From NCBI GenBank assembly GCA_038523235.1, contig JBCBJQ010000007.1, forward strand, positions 58,192-122,191: a stretch of 64,000 nt of DNA, in the 5' to 3' direction. The stretch comes from Cyanobacteria bacterium J06626_4. Lineage in GTDB: Bacteria > Cyanobacteriota > Cyanobacteriia > Phormidesmidales > Phormidesmidaceae. This document shows positions 40,637 to 50,210 of the stretch, in pieces. The translations under genes and the position numbers were made by a program. How positions within the stretch are numbered: position 1 is the stretch's first letter; every line of letters starts with the position of its first letter. Below the pieces are notes generated by a model. The model had not been told where the DNA came from, ran no database searches, and worked only from the letters and a program-made list of their open reading frames with translations.

Positions 40637-41812
40637 GTGAGTAATTCAATGGCCCGCATCGGTATCTTGCTACTCAACCTTGGAGGCCCTGGTCAGCTCG
40701 ATGATGTCCAGCCCTTTTTGTACAATCTTTTTTCTGACCCCGAAATTATTCGCCTGCCGTCACCTCTGTTGCAAAAGCCCTTGGCGTGGATGATTTCCAC
40801 CCTGCGAGCCCGCAAGTCAGAAGAGAATTATAAAAAAATCGGTGGCGGCTCCCCCTTACGCCGCATCACCGAAGCCCAGGCGGCAGCGCTACAGACCAAC
40901 CTACAGTCGCAGGGCTATGACGCTCAGGTTTACGTAGGCATGCGCTACTGGCACCCGTTTACCGAGGCGGCGATCGCCCAAATTAAGCGCGATCGCATTG
41001 AGCAAATCGTGATTTTGCCGCTCTATCCCCAGTTTTCCATTAGCACCAGCGGCTCCAGTTTTCGGGTGTTAGAGAAGCTCTGGGCGACCGATCCGGTTTT
41101 GCAGGCCATTCCCTACACGGTAGTGCCCTCCTGGTACGACGCCCCCGGTTACTTACAGGCGATGAGCACTCTGATCGAACAGACTCTGGAGCAAGTCGAT
41201 CAGCCAGAGCAGGCACATATTTTCTTCAGTGCCCATGGCGTGCCCGTCAGCTATGTCGAAGAATCGGGCGACCCCTATCAACAAGAGATTGAAAAGTGTG
41301 CCGCCCTCATCATGGCGCAGCTCGACACGCCCAATGCCTATACCCTGGCCTACCAAAGTCGAGTCGGCCCGGTGGAATGGTTGCAGCCCTATACCGATCA
41401 GGCGATTGAAGCCCTCGCTGAAGATGGGGTCACAGAGTTGGTGGTGGTGCCGATTAGCTTTGTCTCAGAGCACATTGAGACGCTAGAAGAAATCGATCAG
41501 GAATATCGCGAAGTGGCTGAAACCGCTGGCATTGAGACTTTCGCCAGAGTCCCTGCCCTCGATACGGAGCCCCTATTTATTCAGGCGCTCACCGACTTAA
41601 GTATTAAAGCCCTGAATGAACCGCCGATTTTATTCGCCGATACCATTCGCCCCCAAAAGAACGCCAAACTCTATCCGCCAGAGCGCTGGTCTTGGGGGCT
41701 GACTCCTTCCGCCGAAGTGTGGAATGGGCGGCTGGCCATGGTGGGCGTCATGGCTGTCATGCTAGAGCTATTTTTGGCCGATGGGCCGCTGCATGCTTTA
41801 GGTCTGTTCTAA
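40637..41812 (+). CDS. hemH: Ferrochelatase with C-terminal CAB/HLIP-like domain
   Basis: [36 protein letters not shown] and [10 protein letters not shown]. Confidence 0.97.
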   Translation: MSNSMARIGILLLNLGGPGQLDDVQPFLYNLFSDPEIIRLPSPLLQKPLAWMISTLRARKSEENYKKIGGGSPLRRITEAQAAALQTNLQSQGYDAQVYVGMRYWHPFTEAAIAQIKRDRIEQIVILPLYPQFSISTSGSSFRVLEKLWATDPVLQAIPYTVVPSWYDAPGYLQAMSTLIEQTLEQVDQPEQAHIFFSAHGVPVSYVEESGDPYQQEIEKCAALIMAQLDTPNAYTLAYQSRVGPVEWLQPYTDQAIEALAEDGVTELVVVPISFVSEHIETLEEIDQEYREVAETAGIETFARVPALDTEPLFIQALTDLSIKALNEPPILFADTIRPQKNAKLYPPERWSWGLTPSAEVWNGRLAMVGVMAVMLELFLADGPLHALGLF

Positions 41813-42222
41813 TCTAAAATGATCTGCTCACAACCATGCTGCCCGCAGAAGCGGAGCTGGTGGATGGCTAATAGCGCTGCCGCTGAGGCTGCTAGCTGAA
41901 CCTGCCCTGACCGGGGCGCTAGGCAGGATAAAGGGGCTCCCAAATCTGCTAGGCTAGACCGCCAACCCAGCGAATTCAGCCCGGCAACAGCCTGACAGGT
42001 TGTTGATCTGGAGGGCGGGGTCGGGCCAGCTCCCGCAGCAAGGGCGATCGCAACGCCCCCGCCGCAGAATGATGCTTTTGGTCTCAATCTGGCGATGTTC
42101 CCAGAATTAGACGGTAATCTGATTTAAGGCGATCGCCTCCGAGCCCTTGAGGCAGTTCTTTTAGAGCTGCAGACGCGGCAGCCCCCAACCCTTCCCGCTA
42201 AATAAGAACGCTTCTGAAGTCC

Positions 42223-42987
42223 ATGCAATCATCTCTGCGCAGCCGCCAAAATCCCGTCATTCAAGAACTGGCAAACTGTATTGAAGCAGTTTGGCAGCAA
42301 CACCTCGATCTATCGCCCTATCAGATTCCCGTCGATCTGGGCTACATCGAAGGCAGCCTCGAAGAGGAAAAGGTGGTCATCGAAAACTGTTGCTATCAGA
42401 CGCCGCAGTTTCGCAAGCTGCACATGGAGCTGGCCCAGGTTGGCAATGGCTTAGATATTTTGCACTGCGTCATGTTCCCCAACTCTGATTACCATCTGCC
42501 AATTTTTGGCACTGATTTGGTCGGTCGGCAGAGGGGGGGCATTAGTGCCGCGATCGTCGATCTGTCTCCCGTCAGCCCCGATCGATCGTTGCCCGAGGCT
42601 TACCAGCAGTCACTAGCGACGCTACCGTCTTTGGGCTTCTCACAACCCCGCGATTTGCCGGAATGGGGGGATATTTTTTCCGATCATTGTTTGTTTGTGC
42701 GGCCCGCCGATGCTACTGAAGAAACGAAATTTGTCCAACGGGTGCGAGACTTTTTGACGCTGCATTGTCAGGTCGCCCGCACTACGCCGCCGCTGACCTC
42801 AGCGCCAGATATCTTGCAGGTGGTGGCCAGCCAACGGAACTACTGTACCAAGCAGCAGCAAAACGATAAGACCCGCCGCATTCTCGAAAAATCCTTTGGC
42901 ACAGAGTGGACCGAACGATACATGACGACCATGCTGTTTGATATGGGTACGGAGCCGCAAACGAGTGACATCGTTCAATCCAAATGA
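42223..42987 (+). CDS. pcyA: Phycocyanobilin:ferredoxin oxidoreductase
   Basis: QFRKLHMELA, LDILHCVMFP and QQQNDKTRRILEKSFG. Confidence 0.95.
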   Translation: MQSSLRSRQNPVIQELANCIEAVWQQHLDLSPYQIPVDLGYIEGSLEEEKVVIENCCYQTPQFRKLHMELAQVGNGLDILHCVMFPNSDYHLPIFGTDLVGRQRGGISAAIVDLSPVSPDRSLPEAYQQSLATLPSLGFSQPRDLPEWGDIFSDHCLFVRPADATEETKFVQRVRDFLTLHCQVARTTPPLTSAPDILQVVASQRNYCTKQQQNDKTRRILEKSFGTEWTERYMTTMLFDMGTEPQTSDIVQSK

Positions 42988-43663
42988 CCTGCCGCCCCCG
43001 TTAACGGCCCTCTCGGCCCAGCTTCGGAGCCCTCACCTCAAGACGCGGGTACTGGCGATGCTGGAATTGCAAAAAGAGTCGATGCCAGCCGAAGACGCCT
43101 TGCCGCTACTACAGATGGCGCTCCAAGATCAGGCCGAACAGATACGAGGGATGGCGGCCTTTGCCTTGGGAATCAAGCCCCTGCCCGACAGTCTGACCTT
43201 GCTAGTGCAAACGCTGGAATCGGACCCTGACTACAACGTGCGAGCCACGGCGGCGGGGGCGTTGGGATATCTGGGCGATCGCCAAGCTTTGGCCGCGCTC
43301 AGCCATGTATTTTTAGAAGACACGAACTGGCTGGTGCAGTTTAGCGCTGCCGTGGCGCTGGGCAATTTGCGCGACCCGCAGGCGGTCGACATACTGTTAA
43401 CTGGCCTCGACAGCGATCGCGCCCTTGTACAAGAAGCCGCCATCATGGCATTGGGCGAAATCGGCAGTGTGGCTCAGGTTGAACAAGTCTTGCGCTTTGT
43501 GCCTTCGCCGGATTGGATGATTCGCAAACGAGTGGCCGAAGCGCTCGGGAATATGCCCACTGCGCAGAGTCAATCCGCATTGAAATATCTTAGCCAGGAT
43601 GACAATCACCAGGTAGCAGCCGCTGCCCAGCTGGCTGGGGAACAGTTAGCAAAACTGCTTTAA
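42965..43663 (+). CDS. PBS-lyase HEAT-repeat protein, NblB-like
   Basis: DPDYNVRATAAGALGYLGD and EDTNWLVQFSAAVALGNL. A GTG start at 42965 overlaps the pcyA end. Confidence 0.8.
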   Translation: MTSFNPNDLPPPLTALSAQLRSPHLKTRVLAMLELQKESMPAEDALPLLQMALQDQAEQIRGMAAFALGIKPLPDSLTLLVQTLESDPDYNVRATAAGALGYLGDRQALAALSHVFLEDTNWLVQFSAAVALGNLRDPQAVDILLTGLDSDRALVQEAAIMALGEIGSVAQVEQVLRFVPSPDWMIRKRVAEALGNMPTAQSQSALKYLSQDDNHQVAAAAQLAGEQLAKLL

Positions 43664-44244
43664 TCGTGAATTAGGCGGGCAAAGTCAGGGGGCACCTCAG
43701 GCGTGGATGCCGCCAAGCGGGCAAGCTGGCCGGCTTAATTCCTGCCAGAACAACCATTCTCCTTTCTCAAGGCACCTGCAGCAGCTTGGCCAGGGAGGTT
43801 GAAACATCCCAGATCTGGGGTGCCGCATATCTCGTCCCTAACCTGGCATGGCAGCGCCTAACCCGATGGCATTGCCGCAGAACGAAAGCCATTTGCAACA
43901 TGCAGATTGCCAATATCGCATCCAGGCGATCGCAGCCCTCAGAAACGATTCCGCCGAGGGGGCATCCCGTTGCTCACCCAACACAGCTGGGACGCAGAGT
44001 TGTTGATCAGGCCTGTCATGGCCAAAGCCGGATGGTGGCAGCAGTGATCACAAGATCACGACAAGAGCATTTTGCTGTGATCACAGAAAATAGTGAAATG
44101 GCGGTTTTACGTACAGTGCACCGGGCTTTTTACACTTCCGAGAGATGGGTCACTACGTTACGATAAGACCAACCTTTTGACCTGAGTGCCCGCCCGATGC
44201 GGGTATTGCAGGGTAACTCCCTTATCAAAATTTGCAGAATTACT

Positions 44245-44643
44245 ATGGCTGAAAAAGTTCAAAAATCTAAAGCTGAGTGGCAGGAGCAGCTCACTCCTGA
44301 GCAATACCATGTCACCCGTGAGAAGGGCACCGAACGCGCTTTTACGGGGCAATATCACGCCAACAAAGAAGCGGGCGTTTATAAGTGCATCTGCTGCGGC
44401 ACCGAACTGTTTAAGTCTGACGAAAAGTTTGACTCCGGCACGGGCTGGCCGAGCTTTTGGGCCCCCGCCGATGACAAAAACGTCGCCACGAAGAAAGACA
44501 TGAGCCTATTTATGATGCGCACTGAGGTGCTTTGTAGCGCCTGTGATGCCCACTTAGGTCACGTCTTTAACGACGGCCCAGCCCCCACCGGCAAGCGCTA
44601 CTGCATCAACTCGGCCTCTTTAGATTTCGAAAAGCGGGCCTAG
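44245..44643 (+). CDS. msrB: Peptide-methionine (R)-S-oxide reductase
   Basis: [26 protein letters not shown] and RYCINS. Confidence 0.96.
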   Translation: MAEKVQKSKAEWQEQLTPEQYHVTREKGTERAFTGQYHANKEAGVYKCICCGTELFKSDEKFDSGTGWPSFWAPADDKNVATKKDMSLFMMRTEVLCSACDAHLGHVFNDGPAPTGKRYCINSASLDFEKRA

Positions 44644-44731
44644 CGATAGCGCCAGTCAGGGCAGTGGGTACCGGCGATCGCGGATTTGCCAGAGCGGGCC
44701 GGTGAACTGCCCGCTTAATCAATCGATTTGT

Positions 44732-44767
44732 AGGGCGGCATCTAGTCTAAATGATGCCGTCCTTTTT
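44732..44767 (+). terminator. Probable terminator after msrB
   Basis: AGGGCGGCATC...GATGCCGTCCT followed by TTTT. Confidence 0.6.
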
Positions 44768-44808
44768 GTGGGCACAGTCAGGTAATTGCTGCACGTGAGG
44801 CAACCGAG

Positions 44809-45624
44809 GTGAAGCTGGAAACAGTCGTTAACGGTCAGGGCTATCCCCTGTTATGTTTGCATGGGCATCCGGGCAATAAGCACTGCATGAACGTCTTTAC
44901 AAAGCCATTGGCCCACCATTTCAAGACCCTGGCTCCTGACCTGCGGGGCTATGGTCAGAGTCGCCCGACGACGCCCTTTACGATGACTCAGCATTTAGAA
45001 GATCTAGTCGAACTGCTGGATCAGTTTGCAGTTGAGCAATGCCTCGTGCTGGGCTGGTCGCTGGGGGGCATTCTGGCGATGGAGTTGGCACTGCAATATC
45101 CGCAACGGGTGACCGGCCTGATGTTGCTAGGCACGGCAGCGCGACCGCGAGGCAGCCATCCGCCTATCACCTGGCAGGACAATGCATTCACCGCGATCGC
45201 CTCAATTCTCAATCGACTCGCTCCTGGCTGGCAGTGGAATATTGACACGTTTGGCCGGCGATCGCTCTACCGCTATTTGATTCAGCAGCACCACCCAGCA
45301 GCCTATCGACGATTGGCCCAGGAGGCGTTTCCGGCTTTTTTGCAAACGTCTCAACCCGCTAACAAGGCGCTCAATAACGCTCTGCGTCAAGGCTATAACC
45401 GGCTGCCCGATCTGGCCCACATCACCGTACCGGCTCTGGTTTTAGCGGGGGAATGCGATCGCCACATCACCGCCAGCTCTAGCCGCGAAACGGCGCAGCA
45501 TCTCAAACACAGCACCTACAAAAGTTATCCCGCCACCGCTCACCTGTTTCCCTGGGAGATACCGGATCAGATATTGAGCGATATTCAAGCCTGGCTCCAA
45601 GCCCATGACCGCATGCTGAGATAA
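44809..45624 (+). CDS. Alpha/beta fold hydrolase
   Basis: LHGHPG, PDLRGYG, GWSLGG, GECD and AHLFPWE. Confidence 0.9.
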   Translation: MKLETVVNGQGYPLLCLHGHPGNKHCMNVFTKPLAHHFKTLAPDLRGYGQSRPTTPFTMTQHLEDLVELLDQFAVEQCLVLGWSLGGILAMELALQYPQRVTGLMLLGTAARPRGSHPPITWQDNAFTAIASILNRLAPGWQWNIDTFGRRSLYRYLIQQHHPAAYRRLAQEAFPAFLQTSQPANKALNNALRQGYNRLPDLAHITVPALVLAGECDRHITASSSRETAQHLKHSTYKSYPATAHLFPWEIPDQILSDIQAWLQAHDRMLR

Positions 45625-45798
45625 CCTGAGTTCGGGATAAAACTGACAAGGGATTTGCGGGTGGTTGGAGGGCCAAATCTCCTACTGGGAGGGGTGTCCA
45701 CAGGACGAGGTGGGTTTCTCCGACGGCTGGAACCCACCCCATCAGCCCCTCCCAGACGGGGAAAGTAACGGGTTTGGCCTTAACCCGAACTGACGTTA
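45622..45798. mobile_element. MITE-like element (177 bp) with 19-bp terminal inverted repeats, TA-bounded
   Basis: TAACCTGAGTTCGGGATAA ... TTAACCCGAACTGACGTTA (16/19). It supplies the stop codon of the upstream gene and has an internal REP-like core. Confidence 0.7.
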
Positions 45799-45943
45799 GA
45801 GAATCACCGGTCGGTCTCTGCCAGCCTGACTGCCCAACGGTTTCAGCCACTAACTGCCCCCAACTTCGTGACCGTCTGTTTTAGCTCTTTCGGCACACCG
45901 TATACTAGATGCACAAACCTTCAGACGGTGCTGGGAGCAAGCG

Positions 45944-46570
45944 ATGGAATGGCATGTCAGCGACGCACAGAGCCTCCGGGTGATTGATCGCGAGATTGGC
46001 AATCACATGTTTACCCCCTCTGAGTATGAGCTGGTGCGGCGGGTCATTTATGCCACCGCTGATTTTGAGTTTGCCTCACTAATTCACTTTTCTGAACATG
46101 CCTTGACATCAGGCGCAGCGGCCCTCGCGGCAAGAACGACCATCGTGGTGGATGTGCCGATGGTACAAGTCGGGGTGGCACCGCCCATTCAAGAAACCTT
46201 TGTGAACCCCGTCTATTGCAGTATGGATGCGCTGACCCGTCCCCAAAAGGGCAAAAGCAAAACGGCTTGGGGCATTGAAACGCTGGCGAAGCGCTATCCC
46301 GAAGGGATTTTTGTGGTCGGTGAATCACAGACCGCTCTGGAATCTTTAATCGAGCTGGTAGAGGCCGGGGAAGTACGTCCGGCCCTCATTATCGCTTCAC
46401 CGGCAGGTTTTTTGGATATTGATGTGCTCAAAAACCGGCTAGACGAATCAATGGTGCCAAACATTCGCATCGCCGGTCAAAAGGGCAACCCGGTGCTAGC
46501 CGTCGCGATTATGAGTGGCCTGATTGATTTGGCCTGGCAGGCCTATGGCAAAGCCCCTAAGGCGATTTAA
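45944..46570 (+). CDS. Precorrin-8X methylmutase (CobH/CbiC)-like protein, divergent active site
   Basis: SLRVIDREIG...VRRVIYATADFE, IVVDVPMV, RPALIIASPAGF and GQKG. Confidence 0.8.
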   Translation: MEWHVSDAQSLRVIDREIGNHMFTPSEYELVRRVIYATADFEFASLIHFSEHALTSGAAALAARTTIVVDVPMVQVGVAPPIQETFVNPVYCSMDALTRPQKGKSKTAWGIETLAKRYPEGIFVVGESQTALESLIELVEAGEVRPALIIASPAGFLDIDVLKNRLDESMVPNIRIAGQKGNPVLAVAIMSGLIDLAWQAYGKAPKAI

Positions 46571-46651
46571 TGGCCCATCTGGTGACCGAAACCGCTGACT
46601 GGTAGCCCTGCCGTTTTCTCCATCCAGCAGTAGCCAGACAGTGACCACGCT

Positions 46652-47020
46652 CTATTCAAAACTACGGCCAAAGGGAAACAGGGCCAATATCATCAGCTTG
46701 AAGTGCTGCTTGGCAAAGGGCAGACCGATGATGGTAATGGCCAACAACAGGCCCCAAAGCAAATGATTAAGGGCGATCGCCCAGCCAAATACCACAATCC
46801 AAACGATGTTGAGAATTTGGTAGAGGGCACTATCCGCTTCAGGACTTTTTTTGATTTCGCGGCCAAAGGGCGTGAACGAGGCGATGCCCACTTGAATAGT
46901 CGCCAGCCCAAACGGAATGCCAATGATGGTGAGGCAAGTACTCAGGCCACCGAGAATGTAACCAACACCGCTGAAGAATCCACCAAAAATCAGCCAAATA
47001 ATATTGCCTATCAAGCTCAT
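46652..47020 (-). CDS. YccF-domain membrane protein
   Basis: GNIIWLIFGG and two TIIG(I/L)PF repeats. Confidence 0.9.
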   Translation of the reverse strand: MSLIGNIIWLIFGGFFSGVGYILGGLSTCLTIIGIPFGLATIQVGIASFTPFGREIKKSPEADSALYQILNIVWIVVFGWAIALNHLLWGLLLAITIIGLPFAKQHFKLMILALFPFGRSFE

Positions 47021-47221
47021 GGGGGCATCCTTGCGATCGCCGCAATCTTTGATGTCACCAGCATATCCTGCCGGTCTTATTCTGCAGCCGTCCTGACGAT
47101 GGGTGATTGTACTCCAATTGAGAGAGGGGGCAGGGGAGAGGGGGAGCTAAAGCGATCACACCGTTGCCTGACCGGCAATTTGCCGCACTTACTCCTGGGT
47201 CACCGGAACTTGGGATTATCG

Positions 47222-47683
47222 CTATTTCTCGCCAAAGGGCTGCAGCCACTGCCACCGCAAAGCCAGATTTAGCGCGATCGCGCAGCCGCCAAACAGCACC
47301 AAACTTTCACCACAGGCGGCCAGAAAGGGCCAGAAATTTTGTGCGATCGCCGACCCGGCATCAACCTGGGCCAAGCCGCGCACTAGCGCAAACGCCAGCA
47401 CCACCCCGGCCTTGAGCTGAGGATTGTCATCACGGCGAATGGCATAGCGATAGGTCAGGGCAAACAACGCACCAGACAGCAGGGCGATCGCGCCGGTCAC
47501 CAGCAGGGCCAACCCCGCCAAACTAGAGAACAGGTCCCGTAGTGGCGGCAGACTGGCCAAGTGTGGCCAGCGGTGGCTGAGCAGTTGCGCCAGACTGAGC
47601 AAGCCCGCGCAAATCGCGCCGCCTAGGGCAGCCTTCAGAGATTCAAGACGCTCAGCGGGCGTAAAGGGAGAAGCCTGATTCAT
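47222..47683 (-). CDS. Conserved cyanobacterial membrane protein of unknown function
   Basis: ERLESLKA...LFALTYRYAIRRDDNPQLKAGVVLAFALVRGLAQ. Start inferred at ATG 47683. Confidence 0.75.
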   Translation of the reverse strand: MNQASPFTPAERLESLKAALGGAICAGLLSLAQLLSHRWPHLASLPPLRDLFSSLAGLALLVTGAIALLSGALFALTYRYAIRRDDNPQLKAGVVLAFALVRGLAQVDAGSAIAQNFWPFLAACGESLVLFGGCAIALNLALRWQWLQPFGEK

Positions 47684-47760
47684 TGCAAAATCGTCACGTC
47701 TGCGGGTGGGCTTTGTTTTATCATGGATGATGCACTGTGAATTCTTGCTATAAGACACCT

Positions 47761-47850
47761 ATGGATATTTTGACGCTGGGTTGGGTTTCGCTGCTCGTAG
47801 TTTTCTCATTTTCGCTCTCGATGGTGGTGTGGGGACGCAACGGATTCTAA
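47761..47850 (+). CDS. petN: Cytochrome b6f complex subunit 8 (29 aa; below the ORF-track cutoff)
   Basis: My translation is [29 protein letters not shown]. Confidence 0.96.
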   Translation: MDILTLGWVSLLVVFSFSLSMVVWGRNGF

Positions 47851-47905
47851 AGCTAGACCGGTGAGATTCCGCCTTGATCGTAATGGCTGTGACGGTGGGT
47901 AAATC

Positions 47906-48109
47906 ATGAATACAGCGTTTGAGGCCCAAGCCTTTTCGGTGTTAGCCGTCGCGGCGGTGTTGCTATTGGTGGTGGTTACCGGGGGCGTAGCCTATCTGAC
48001 CACTGTGGAATGGCGAGATCGCCGTCGTCGGCAGCGAGAACAGCAGGCGGCCGCACCGCGCGTCAAAAACCTCAAGAATAAGAACAAGAAAAAAGGCCTT
48101 GCTGAATAG
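47906..48109 (+). CDS. Small single-pass membrane protein with basic tail (67 aa)
   Basis: TM helix, then GGVAYLTTVEWRDRRRR and a Lys-rich end; 55 nt after petN. Confidence 0.7.
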   Translation: MNTAFEAQAFSVLAVAAVLLLVVVTGGVAYLTTVEWRDRRRRQREQQAAAPRVKNLKNKNKKKGLAE

Positions 48110-48316
48110 CCGCCAGTTTACGCCAAAGATTGCCTGCGGCGTAAACGAGTCGCTCATCCATAGCCTCTTTGATCACCAGGGTTTGTCAGGGCTAAACCCT
48201 GAAATCAATTGGTCGCCCTGGAGGGATCATGGCAGCGCCGATTTCTCAAGGCTGTTGCCTATGACTGGCGATCGGAAATCAGCAATGCCCGCAGACGTAA
48301 TGAACCGTTGGGTACC

Positions 48317-49696
48317 GTGTCGACTGAAGTGAATGCGAACGTTCTCTCGCCAGCCCGCCAGCTGGCGTTTGATGCTTTAAAGGAAATTTATCGGGGCGGA
48401 TTTGCCGATATGGTGCTGCATCGCTTGCTGCATCAGCGGCGACTGAGTGCCGTTGATCGCCCTTTTGCCACAGAACTGGTGTACGGCACCGTTCGGCGGC
48501 AGCGCACCTTAGATGCTCTGATTGATCAGCTCGGCAAACGCGCCGCCCATCAACAGCCCCTCGATCTGCGTATCGTGTTGCATCTGGGCTTATATCAGCT
48601 ACGATTTTTGACCCAGGTGCCTGAGTCAGCGGCAGTTAACACCAGCGTTGAGCTGGCGAAAGCCATTGGCAAGGGCAAACTAGCGGGCGTGGCCAACGGC
48701 ATTTTGCGCCAATACATTCGCCTGCGCCAATCGACAGCCGACCCGCTATTGCTGCCGAGCGATCGCCTGCAGGCCTTAGCCGTTCGTCACAGCTACCCCG
48801 ATTGGATCGTCGCCCTGTGGCAACAACAGCTGAACTGGGAGGAAACCGAACAGCTGTGTGACTGGTTTAATCAATCACCCACGATCGACTTACGCGTCAA
48901 TCGGCTCAAGATGACCGTGACTGATCTGGCGCAAACGTTTGCAGCCGCCGGTATTGAGACGCAGCCACTACCGCACTTACCTCAGAGCCTGCGCCTGACC
49001 CATCACGCCGGAGCCATTCAGCAGCTGCCCGGCTACGCCGACGGCTGGTGGACGGTGCAAGACGCCAGTGCCCAGCTAGTCAGCGCCTTAGTCGATCCGC
49101 AGCCAGGCATGGTGGTGATTGATGCCTGCGCGGCACCCGGTGGCAAAACCACCCATCTGGCCGAACTCATGGGCGATGAGGGTCTCATTTGGGCCTGCGA
49201 TCGCACCACCTCACGCCTGAAAAAGGTAAAGCAAAATCTGCAGCGTCTGCAGCTCACCAGCGTTAAAACCTTTACCGGCGATAGCACCACCCTGACGCGA
49301 TTTGCCGGACAGGGCGATCGCGTTTTAGTCGATGCCCCCTGCTCTGGCCTGGGCACACTGCACCGCCATGCCGATGCGCGCTGGCGGCAGACCCCGGCAA
49401 CGGTCGCTGAACTGACTCAACTGCAGAGTCAACTGCTGGCCCAAGCTGCCACCTGGGTTAAACCCGGCGGCACGCTGGTGTATGCCACCTGTACCCTGCA
49501 TCCGGCTGAAAATGAGGCGGTCATTCAGCAGTTCCTCGATGCCCAGCCTGACTGGCAGATATTGCCCCCGCGTGCCGATGAAGCGGCAGCAGCCTACGCC
49601 ATGCCCGAAGGCTGGATTAAAGTGTGGCCCCAGCGCCAGCAGATGGACGGATTTTTCATGGTGCGGCTGGGACGAGTCGACCACACTGCTCAATGA
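48317..49696 (+). CDS. rsmB: 16S rRNA m5C967 methyltransferase
   Basis: NusB-like N-terminal domain (ELVYGTVR), VQDASAQ, DACAAPGGKT, DAPCSGLG and YATCT. Start inferred at GTG 48317. Confidence 0.94.
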   Translation: MSTEVNANVLSPARQLAFDALKEIYRGGFADMVLHRLLHQRRLSAVDRPFATELVYGTVRRQRTLDALIDQLGKRAAHQQPLDLRIVLHLGLYQLRFLTQVPESAAVNTSVELAKAIGKGKLAGVANGILRQYIRLRQSTADPLLLPSDRLQALAVRHSYPDWIVALWQQQLNWEETEQLCDWFNQSPTIDLRVNRLKMTVTDLAQTFAAAGIETQPLPHLPQSLRLTHHAGAIQQLPGYADGWWTVQDASAQLVSALVDPQPGMVVIDACAAPGGKTTHLAELMGDEGLIWACDRTTSRLKKVKQNLQRLQLTSVKTFTGDSTTLTRFAGQGDRVLVDAPCSGLGTLHRHADARWRQTPATVAELTQLQSQLLAQAATWVKPGGTLVYATCTLHPAENEAVIQQFLDAQPDWQILPPRADEAAAAYAMPEGWIKVWPQRQQMDGFFMVRLGRVDHTAQ

Positions 49697-49733
49697 TCCG
49701 ATTTGCCAGGCAATCTTGGCCACGCCGAGGAGC

Positions 49734-50047
49734 TTAGTGGTCTGTCAGTTATCAATTTGTGGGTTGTTGACTTTCAGAACGATGGCAATCCGGATTGATT
49801 CCTGTCGGGCAAACGGGCAAGATGCCCGTCCAAACAAAACACCTGCTCTTCAATTTTGAGGACGCACAAATTCAAACTTGGCGCTGCACTAGTGGTCTGT
49901 CAAGTTTGAGATTGTGAGTTGGCGACTCTTGGAACGATGGCAATCCGGATTGATTTCTGTAGGGCAAACGGGCAAGATGCCCGTCCAAACAAAACACCTG
50001 CTCTTCAATTTTGAGGACGCACAATTTCAAATTTGACGCTGGACTAG
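49734..50047. repeat. Tandem duplication of a 155-bp MITE/REP-like unit
   Basis: (T/C)TAG at 49734, 49889 and 50044. Each unit carries the hairpin ACGGGCAAGATGCCCGT (49813, 49968) and imperfect inverted ends CTAGTG..GTCA / TTG(A/G)CGCTG.ACTAG. Confidence 0.85.
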
Positions 50048-50210
50048 GGCAAGGGAGTCAGACTTGTCATCTTGTTTCAAGAAAGTTGGTATTCATAGCA
50101 AGCTGCACAATGCCGCTCTCCCAACTCGCGTAACAACGCTATCTTCTCCTAACTCCCCTATCTCATAGACATTGCCAAGAACACAGCGGGAGCATAGTTG
50201 AGGATGAAGA

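Noticed and set aside
44043..44090. CRP/SyCRP site upstream of msrB (GTGATCAC palindromes)
   Set aside because: The spacing does not fit TGTGA-N6-TCACA, and short palindromes may be chance.
45800..45943. Cobalamin riboswitch before the cobH-like gene
   Set aside because: Only a short ACTGCCCCC resemblance; the B12 box and core helices are absent.
49734..50047. Possible CRISPR array
   Set aside because: Only two near-identical 155-bp units, no unique spacers and no cas genes.
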